Positions 10,379 through 18,840 of a DNA stretch of 20,000 bases are shown piece after piece. Both the position numbers and the translations under genes were made by a program. The stretch comes from Cirrosporium novae-zelandiae. Lineage: Eukaryota. The notes under the pieces are model-generated. The model saw nothing but the letters and a program-made list of their open reading frames with translations. It searched no databases and was not told where the DNA came from. The stretch covers positions 238,499 through 258,498 of the forward strand of contig JAPETS010000041.1 of NCBI GenBank assembly GCA_026023565.1, in the 5' to 3' direction. Numbering within the stretch: the stretch's first letter is position 1; each line of letters begins with the position of its first letter.

Positions 10379-11961
10379 ATGGTGATGCCACAGCAGATTA
10401 TGATGAAGGTTCCACGCTTGGCTTTTTCGCCAGCTTTCCTCCTTCGAAGCCGAATTGGAAGGACTCTCCCGTCAACTCGGTCCTATAGCTTTCATGCGAA
10501 TCCTCAATCCTTTTCGAAAGGCCCAGCCTCGAAGACTTGGCGACGCAACGCCTCTACCTCGACTGATGCCACCAGCACTAGCAAACCCTCTCCATCCAGT
10601 GTGAGAAATATTATTTATGGGACCTCCCTGACACTTGCCCTCGTTTTCGGATATTACTACATAACCGATGCCCGTGCAAGTGTCCACCGATGGTTATTTA
10701 CCCCTCTTATGCGGGTTCTCATCAGAGATGGAGAGGCCGCGCACAAGGCTACGATTGAGTCTTTCAAGTTGCTTTGGACATCTGGACTTTACCCCCGAGA
10801 GAGAGGTAACCCCGATGGCGATGGGGAACTTGAGGTTAAGGTTGGTGCTAATACTTTTAACCGCTTTGTGGGAGTTCGAAGCCGGCAGATTGGATGCTTA
10901 TAATTATATAGGTCTTAGGTCATACTCTATCAAACCCTCTATCAACCGCAGCTGGCCTCGACAAAAATGCAGAAGCAATAGACCCTATGTTTGCTCTCGG
11001 ACCATCAATTGTTGAAATTGGCGCAATTACTCCACGCCCTCAAGATGGAAACCCCAAACCACGAGTTTTCAGGGTCCCATCTCAACAGGCTATTATCAAC
11101 CGATTTGGATTACCCAACCAAGGAGCTGATAGAATAGCAATCAGACTACAAGAAAGAGTACGGAAATTTGCCTACAAACTGGGTCTTGGCCTTGGCCCCG
11201 AGGGTGAACAAAAAGTCTTGGATGGTGAAGCAAATGTACCACCAGGAAGTTTGGCAAACGGCAAACTACTAGCCCTTCAGATTGCAAAACAGAAGACCAC
11301 CCCAGACGACAATGTAGAAGCCGTTAGAGACGACTATGTGTACTGTGTTAAACAAATCGGGAAATATGCCGACATCGTCACTGTGAACGTTTCCAGCCCA
11401 AATATGCCAGGCCTAAGGAACTTGCAGCGGGTAGAACCACTCAAGAAAATCCTTTCTGGTGTGGTAGAAGCTGTACAAAAACTTCCAACGAAGAGGAAGC
11501 CTACCGTCTTAGTCAAGGTTAGCCCTGACGAGGATTCAGATGAACAAATTTCAGGCATTTGTGAAGCTATATATGCATCTGGAGTTGACGGTGTGATTGT
11601 TGCAAACTCAACCAGGGGAAGACCGGACCCTGTTCCAACCGGGTATCAATTATCCGCCAAAGAGGCTCGGACAATGTTGGAACCTGGCGGGTTTTCGGGA
11701 CCTCAACTATATCCCAAAACTCTATCTTTAGTGGGGCGATATCGGAAAGCGTTAGATCAACAAGCAGCAGCCCGGTCGATTACACCGCGAATCATCTTTG
11801 CTAGTGGAGGCATCACCAATGGCAAGGAGGCTAAAGAAGTGCTCGACGCTGGAGCTACTGTGGCCATGGTTTACACAGCAATGGTTTATCAGGGTCCTGG
11901 CACATTCAGCAAAATGAAGAAAGAGCTCAAGGAGCTGAAAAAGAAGGATGGGAAACCATAG
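10379..11961 (+). CDS. URA9: Dihydroorotate dehydrogenase, class 2 (quinone, mitochondrial; Ura9/PyrE-like) with atypical motif residues; exons 10379-10840 and 10912-11961, ~503 aa
   Basis: Arg/Ser-rich presequence-like N-terminus and a TM segment (IIYGTSLTLALVFGYYYI). Motifs AAGLDKNAE, TPRPQDGNPKPRVFR, NVSSPN (catalytic Ser), VKVSPD, GGFSGP, FASGGITNG, VYTAM. Start codon could be any of several nearby ATGs. Confidence 0.93.
10841..10911 (+). other. Spliceosomal intron (71 nt) in the DHODH gene
   Basis: AAG|GTTGGT...TATAG|GTC; gives ELEVK|VLGHTLSNPLSTAAGLDK in frame with the downstream ORF. Confidence 0.9.
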
Positions 11962-12086
11962 ATAAAAGGTTTCAGTTTGGTTGTCGTATAGGTCCCCTCA
12001 ATGTATATATAAGAATCTCCACCTCAGTGCCAAGGTCCATTCTGACCAGATGCAAACCTTTGGAAAGCCTTCCAAAACCCTCTAGT

Positions 12087-12860
12087 CTATGCACTTCCCA
12101 CCTCTTCTATTGTTTTCTTTAGATTGTCTATATTATGTGAAAAACGCCCCAAAAACAGACCATCCACCATGCTCTTCAAGCCTTCCCAAACACCGGGCCC
12201 CGCACTTCCACCATATAAGACCCGTGTCTCTCCTTTCCTCCCGGCGAAGAGCTTTCTCACTTCTTTTATGACGGAAACTACGTGGTCGCTGCTTGCTGGG
12301 TGCTGTGCACCAATTGCCCATACGGGTTCATATGCAAATATGATGGTTGATGTTTCCGGAATGGCTTCCAGCACAGCTTTCACCTGAGGCACAATCTCCG
12401 ACACAGCTTTGCCAACAGCCTCAGAGGCAATTGATGAGTGCGTTTTTTCTCCAATGCAGACAAGGGGTATCATGTTATTTCGAACAACAGCCTTGGCCTT
12501 TTCGGCCACAACGGGGTCCGTCTCAGCGAAGAAACGGCGGCGCTCTGCGTGACCAATTTCAACAATCTTTATAGATAAAGATGCAAGGTCTGCCGGAGAG
12601 ACGCAACCGGTATAAGCGCCGTAATCTTCGGTGGCGCAATCTTGTGCGCCGAGGAGGATAGGTGACGAGATGGTTGCTAGAGTTTGGGAGGCTTGTTGCA
12701 AAGAGAGGAAAGTTGGGAGGAAGATGAGGCTTAGGGACGGTGGTAGAGGTAGCTTGGTGATTGTGGAAAGATAGTCTTCTGTTTGGTGGATGGAGAAGTA
12801 CATTTTGCTGGAGACTGCGACAATCCTAGGTGCCAGTGAGGCGGGGGGAGAGGACGACAT
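12087..12860 (-). CDS. Triosephosphate isomerase-family protein, non-glycolytic type; probable L-erythrulose-1-phosphate isomerase (LerI/EryH-like), 257 aa, intronless
   Basis: TIM motifs SSKMYF (catalytic Lys), GAQD, GAYTG, EIGHAERRR (His), CIGE, FAYEPVWAIG (Glu), LYGGS. Loops diverge from glycolytic TPI (GLFLGRF instead of GFLVGGASL). First ATG at 12860. Confidence 0.9.
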   Translation of the reverse strand: MSSSPPASLAPRIVAVSSKMYFSIHQTEDYLSTITKLPLPPSLSLIFLPTFLSLQQASQTLATISSPILLGAQDCATEDYGAYTGCVSPADLASLSIKIVEIGHAERRRFFAETDPVVAEKAKAVVRNNMIPLVCIGEKTHSSIASEAVGKAVSEIVPQVKAVLEAIPETSTIIFAYEPVWAIGAQHPASSDHVVSVIKEVRKLFAGRKGETRVLYGGSAGPGVWEGLKSMVDGLFLGRFSHNIDNLKKTIEEVGSA

Positions 12861-13433
12861 GGTGATTTTGAAGTCAATAGAATTAGATATTCTTGGTAGC
12901 AATAACTACTGTAGGTTAACGATGGTTATAAGATATGAAAGGCAAAGTAGGGAGCTTTGATAGGAGAAGTGTGCTACTGTTTATACAATGTAGACTTTCT
13001 AATAGTTTCTGAATAATAATAAAAATGAATAGAAGATGATTTAGCTTGCATGTGGTTTTTTGGTCTTGCAAGTTTCTTAGAGCCTAGCAAGTCTAAGTAA
13101 AAAATTAGCATATGATTCCAATCCGAGGTGGGATGACGGCTTTACTGCTTCTGGAGAAGCCGATGGAGGGGTTGCAATTAAAATACACAATCTTGAATTC
13201 TGAGTACGACCAGACCATCAGAATATGACAAAACCAGTAAATGGTGACTCACGAATCATCTTCATTGATTTTCAGTTTGATATAATGATATAGATAATAA
13301 TGAATCCCCCCCCCCCAAAGGCTATGCTGTAAAATCATCCCAAGTAAAGACGACATATCAAACAATTTTCAAGCTACAGTACATAGCCCAGAAAAGGCCG
13401 AGACTCCAAAACGGCCTTCCCAACACCCACCTT

Positions 13434-13940
13434 CTAAGCTGCAATTCCATTCCCAACGGTCGTTAAATGTTTATGCGCTTCCCTCTCCCTTTGATGAATT
13501 GCCTGTACCTTATCTGCACTGGCACTGGTTGGATCGAATTCATATCCTAACCATTCCTTGGCCAACTTCCTTGCAACTTCCTTTCCAATTACCCTTTCCC
13601 CAAAGCATAATACTTGTGCGTTATTGCTTAGAATGCTGCGCTCAACCGAATAACTATCATGTGCCGTCACAGCTCGAATTCCGGGCACCTTGTTGGCTGA
13701 GATGGCCACGCCTAGTCCGGTACCGCAGATGAGAAGAGCACGGTCTGCTTTACCAGCCGCAATCAGCTGTGCCGCATCTACGGCAACATGGGGATAGGCG
13801 GTTGAATCTTTGCTGCTATCCACGCCGACGTCGATAATGTTTGCAACACGAGGGTCCTGCCTGAAGTCTTCCTTCAAAGCATCTTTGAGGTTGCAGCCTG
13901 CATTGTCGGAGCCGATGATGATGCGGAGGTTTGAAGGCAT
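13434..13940 (-). CDS. rpiB: RpiB/LacA/LacB family sugar-phosphate isomerase; probable D-erythrulose-4-phosphate isomerase (DerI/EryI-like), 168 aa, intronless
   Basis: [54 protein letters not shown] at 13940 begins [12 protein letters not shown], with TATATA ~50 nt upstream. Confidence 0.93.
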   Translation of the reverse strand: MPSNLRIIIGSDNAGCNLKDALKEDFRQDPRVANIIDVGVDSSKDSTAYPHVAVDAAQLIAAGKADRALLICGTGLGVAISANKVPGIRAVTAHDSYSVERSILSNNAQVLCFGERVIGKEVARKLAKEWLGYEFDPTSASADKVQAIHQREREAHKHLTTVGNGIAA

Positions 13941-13985
13941 AATGTTGAGAATGGAGCGGTTGTTTGATTCAGGCTGAATATGCAG

Positions 13986-13991
13986 TATATA
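13986..13991 (-). promoter_or_regulatory. Putative TATA box for the RpiB-like gene
   Basis: TATATA about 46-51 nt upstream of the ATG at 13940. Confidence 0.5.
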
Positions 13992-14504
13992 AAGCCGTTG
14001 AGACGGAAAGCCGACTAGTGGTATATGAGAGGAGAGTCTAAAAAAGGTTGAAAAAACAATAAATGTCTGAAGACAAGGAGAAGTGAATCTATCCCATCGT
14101 CGCCGGAAGTCGAGGTATTTGAACAATCCCGATGAGCTCCCCTCAGCGCTTGCGACCCCCTCGTGGGTTACTCCAATCCCCAGATTCAAATGTCTCTATT
14201 CGCGTCATGCTCAGCGTAGTTGGTTAGTAATAAATGATGCTCTCGAATTGCCTCTTTGAGCTCGGGATGCCTGATTGAGAGATACCTAGGTAGTCAAAGG
14301 TGGGGGAATAGAAAACTTGAGAGGACCCGTCTCGAGGTGTTACCCCGACTTCATCTATTTTTCCCGATCTTACCGGCATGAGTAGAAATACTTAATCCAT
14401 TCTTTTCCCTGGAGAGAAAAAATGTTTACCACCTTCACTAGACATGGAGATATTTACACCTTTTCAGCTGGTGGCCAGTTCAACTAGATACCTAACCACA
14501 AGAT

Positions 14505-14524
14505 CTCCACACTCCGCACCCCAC
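14505..14524 (-). promoter_or_regulatory. Three tandem CreA/Mig1-type SYGGRG sites with a 7-bp period
   Basis: Plus strand CTCCAC-a-CTCCGC-a-CCCCAC; minus strand GTGGGG-T-GCGGAG-T-GTGGAG. Confidence 0.5.
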
Positions 14525-15210
14525 ACGCCAATGCATCCCATAACCTTATTAATTTGCTTATCCGGCCGATATCTGCAAATCAAAGGTCGAGACTAATAAT
14601 CGTTATTGTCCGAGGTCTGGCGGACTTCCTTTGCGGACAATGTGGATTGCTGCGGACATGGAAATTTACTAAACTCCCAAAGTGATGAGAGAAATTATTT
14701 TCTACAGTTCCGCTCACCCATCATTGGTTGGCTGGTTGAAAAACCAATTCATCATAGACTGACTGTTTTTGTTTTCTTACACTCGTGTAAGGCTAACGAC
14801 TTTAACTTATAACTTATGTATAGACAACCTTTAGGTGGATGCGGTGCCGGTCTTCCATCTTAAAAGGTAAGGATTGGGTATAAAGGTTACAAGAGATGGG
14901 TACCTGTGGCTTGGCAGGATTATAGCGCTGACCACCATTACGGACACTTGGCGCACCCTATTTGCTATTATACGATACATTCACTAGAAAGCTGAAGCAT
15001 CCTGTCAGCCTTTAATGATATTGCTATTTATTTCTCCGTCCTCGCTCAAGAGAATGCATCTCGAGTGTGCTGTGTACCCTGAAGGTTTTCTTAACTGCGT
15101 ACCTTGAAGGGCTATTCTTCAACCCACTTTAACAGTGATATACCACTCCTCTCTTTGTTCTGTTGATTATTTCTTCTTGCTTTTGCGAAATCAGAAATTC
15201 CATTATTCCA

Positions 15211-16041
15211 ATGGCCCTGACGTCGTTGCCCCCAGAAATCCTTATTCACATACTACACAAATGTTCTCCTCATGATATCCCACAAGTCTCCTCGACATCC
15301 TGGTTTCTGAATACCCTCATTACGATCCATGAAAAGGATATCTGCAAAGAAATAGCTAATAAACATGGCTTCAACTTTGAAGAGCCGGGGCTCGCCCATT
15401 TGCGTCCAATGTGCCGTCTCCAAGAACTCTGGATAAACCACAAAAGATGTGAAACAATCCAACGCTTTATAGACATGGATGCCTTAATAGCCAGAGATCA
15501 ATCACCCATTATGAGATTCAAGAAACCCGAAGAATCAGCTGAGGCTGCAATACTGAAAGGGCTGAACTTGCTTGGATCCTATGATCACGCCAGAGATGCA
15601 GAAAAGCAGGGGCTTGACCCAGATGCCATTGAAAAATATTTCAAGCCCCTTCACTGTAACGACTTTGATGTGCTTTTTGCTACAGTTGGCGCTTGTGCAG
15701 ATTTACTGGCCAACTTCGTATGCCCCCCAGCAAGTGAAGATCAATGGGAGTATGGAAGCCCTCTAATGATGGAATGTGATATGCATTACTACGCAATCTT
15801 GGATCTGGTGGTTGCTAAGGGTCTGCCATGGGTGATTGATGTCCTGGTTAACCAGACCAATGACGCAGTGAGGGAACTTGCGATATGTATGAGGGAGGAT
15901 TCGTTTGAACCATTACCTGATAGCGGCGTTAATCGATTGTACAAAGCAAGATTGAGAAAGGCTGCTTTGGCAGAAAGGCATATTATCCCATCGACATTCG
16001 ACCAAGCCATTATCGCCAGTCGAAACAATACCGCGGGTTAG
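15211..16041 (+). CDS. F-box domain protein, 276 aa, no intron apparent
   Basis: N-terminal LTSLPPEILIHILHKCSPHDIPQVSSTSWFLNTLI matches the F-box pattern; C-terminus is helical-looking and unrecognised. Confidence 0.82.
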   Translation: MALTSLPPEILIHILHKCSPHDIPQVSSTSWFLNTLITIHEKDICKEIANKHGFNFEEPGLAHLRPMCRLQELWINHKRCETIQRFIDMDALIARDQSPIMRFKKPEESAEAAILKGLNLLGSYDHARDAEKQGLDPDAIEKYFKPLHCNDFDVLFATVGACADLLANFVCPPASEDQWEYGSPLMMECDMHYYAILDLVVAKGLPWVIDVLVNQTNDAVRELAICMREDSFEPLPDSGVNRLYKARLRKAALAERHIIPSTFDQAIIASRNNTAG

Positions 16042-16853
16042 AATCAAGGGTCTAGGATACGGATATCTTCACTGAAATTGACTCTCGATAGTAAATAAAT
16101 GTACTGGATATTATGAAATATGATAGCGGATCAAATAACAAGGATGGGAGTTAGGTGTTGCAATGTTCTAAGGGCTTATCATATCATGTGACCCCTCAGA
16201 AAGCCTGTGCGCCTCGCTTCTTATAATTACAAGCCGGCTTCTGCTCGCACAACACCCCTCTTCGTTCCAACATTGAGAGAAAGAGGAAGGATAGCTTGGT
16301 AAAATATTCGATAATTTAATTTGGACTTCATTGGCTGCAGAGAGTCATAGGGCGGGGAGTTGCTAGGCACTGTACCAAAGTAATATCTTCCTTGATTCCC
16401 TACCTAGGTAGGTTTACTTCTAGTAAGGAAAAGAAAAAAACTTTCAGAAGTAGTCGGGTAGCAGCAATAGGCAATAGGCGAATTCACTAGACATTATTCA
16501 CTGGGCGGGTGGCCGAAACATCAAAACTTTAGCCCCACCAGCTTCCGTCATGTTTGTACCACTATAAAAGAATCATAGATCTAATGATTCATACAAGCTT
16601 GCAATTCTCACATCTAGACTCTAATTCCCCGTCCTAATCTTCAACCACCCGGTGACTTAGCTACTCAGCTACTCAATTTTGACGCTTGAACATCTATTTC
16701 TACCGCTTACCTACCTTTTCATCATCTCAGCATCTTCCGTTCATGAGAAATCCTCCCAACATAACTGCCTAACAATCCTTTTCTTTTTACACGGGGAGCT
16801 TCTCTCCTCCCCAACTACCTCTCCATGACACATCCCAGCGAACTTCTCAAATC

Positions 16854-18840
16854 ATGGCTCCTCTGATAGGAAACTCGCTTTCTACTACTCGTCGTTCTTC
16901 TCCCGTTTTCCCAATCGTCCCATCCTTCGATTTAATATCTCGCTCAGCAAAAATCTCGAGGAGATCTCAGCTGCCTAAGAGAAGGGAGGTGCTCTTCACT
17001 GTGAATGGATCTGACCATGAAAACAACCTGATCAGTGGACCAAAGAAAAGTGCTGTCTGTATAGATTCCGAAAAATCTAACTCTGAACAAAATCCAAATG
17101 CGCTAAATATTAAAGGTAGGTACATCGATAACTTTCTAAAAAATATTATACTAACAATGTTTAGAACCAAATAGTGAAGCCCTGGTCGGAAACGGTCAAG
17201 CATATCAACCAGTTCAAAACCCCGAGACTCAGCGCGATCTCACAACTGTTGTTGGAAATAATTCGAATTTTCAGTCGCCAGGCAGCAGCCAGGCCAACAT
17301 GCCACCTTTTGGATATGATGATGCTCATGATACCTCAGCAACAACTTATACAACAGAAGATCTCTCCAATTCTCAAACTTCTATGGATACAAATCTATTA
17401 CCTTGTCCAGGGGCACATGTCCACCAGCCCAACCATTCACAGTCACATTTTCAATTCTATGGTGCATATGGTCCACCTCCTGAGTTCAATGGCCCAGCCC
17501 CAACTTTCGGATTCCAAGATGTTCAGTCTCCTCTGTCTCCTGCAAGAACCACCCCTTCAGTACCTTCTCGTGGCTTCCACGAATTCGGCCAAAGGCTTCC
17601 CCAATCGCCTCCTGAAATGTTTGAAGAAATCGGAGATGGTATACCCAGCGCGCCTTGTGTCAGAATACCATTTCAGCACCCTATTTATCCATTCCCCGAA
17701 CCCACGGGATATTTTAACCAGAGCGATCATCAGTTTCCAGGAACCCAGATTGTTAATGATAAACGTTTCATAGGATTTGATCTAGTTCAATACCTCCTGG
17801 GTCAATTTGAGAGTGGTGCATATACCGATTACACCTTAACACTCTCCTCGTCCTCCCAGCAATTCGACGACGTTCAATATAGGATTCATGGTGTTATAGC
17901 TCCCAGAAGCCCAATATTGAACATGGAAATGGTCGCTCACTCTAAGAAGCTAATGATAAAGTCTTCATCCCGCTTCATCCGCCCAGCATATTTCGAGACG
18001 GCTATCAGGTGCCTCTACGGTGAAAATCCGCTATGGAATGGCCCATTCGAAGCAATTGCAAGAGGATCAAACACTCTCCCCTATTATAGTAAATTCTCCG
18101 AGGAGCTTTTAGATATGGCCCTTGGCTACGCTGCGGCTGGTCGTTGCCTTGGATTGTTTGGTCTTGTTGATGGGGCTCTTTCTGTCGTTATGTCTCTTGC
18201 CAACTGGAGAAATATTGACAAGATACTTGCTTGTGCTTTCGAGGGCGTTGCTGATTATCCCGAAGATACAGTGGAGGATCTTGCCCCGGTACTAACCAGA
18301 ATTCGTTGTGTCTATGAACACCTACTTTATTCAGCCCGGCTATTCCTCCTCGACCGCTTTCCAGACTCATTTACCTTTACACCTTCAGCCCGACTGACAC
18401 ATATGCTTCCACTTTTTCCTAGCTACAAGGACTCTCCCCTAGATCCGGACACACAGGTCATTCAAACTCCTGGGACACACACAAACGGTGTTAAATCTCC
18501 AACCAACCCACGCGTCTTTAGTCTTCGTTTCGGTTCTCTACCTCCAGCCGTAAACAGCCCTGAAAACAAGGTCCTTTCGACAATTCTGGTAAATTTACCA
18601 TTCGCAGACCTGAGGTGGATGGTTCAGAATTCTAAGCACATCTCTGGCAGAGAAGAAATTTGGAAGGATGTTATTGAGGAGAGGGAAAAGAGACGACTGA
18701 AGCTTGTCGAGGACGGACATGCAGACCCTGACAATGAACAAGCACCGATAAATTGGAAAGAGGACATGGTGCGGAACGTAAAAGAGTTGTCCGAATGGTC
18801 GATTGCGAGAACTTTTGTCGGTGACAAGAAAGGAGACTGA
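16854..18840 (+). CDS. Fungal hypothetical protein with a Pro/Ser/Gln-rich N-half and a degenerate BTB/POZ-like domain; exons 16854-17115 and 17165-18840, ~645 aa
   Basis: 513-codon ORF extended upstream through intron 17116-17164 (…LNIK-E-PNSEALV… open to MPPFGY). BTB-like YLLGQFESGAYTDYTLTL...YRIHGVIAPRSPIL...FETAIRCLYG. The true start codon is uncertain. Confidence 0.75.
17116..17164 (+). other. Spliceosomal intron (49 nt)
   Basis: AAAG|GTAGGT...TACTAAC...TTTAG|; perfect branch site and an in-frame join. Confidence 0.85.

Noticed and set aside
13941..14189. 83-aa N-terminal extension of the RpiB-like ORF
   Set aside because: Starts at TTG and spans a TATA-like box; family homology begins at ATG 13940.
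14831..14863. LGGCGAGLPS* resembling the dihydroxyacetone-kinase SGGGSGHEP motif (possible kinase relic)
   Set aside because: Only a loose Gly-rich match with no flanking similarity I can see; cannot be supported without tBLASTn.
17174..17773. 199-aa alternative-frame ORF and other short antisense/nested ORFs across the window
   Set aside because: Shadow ORFs of real genes, without recognisable motifs.
6177..18840. Secondary-metabolite cluster with DHODH as a self-resistance gene
   Set aside because: No PKS, NRPS, terpene synthase, prenyltransferase or tailoring enzyme occurs in the window.
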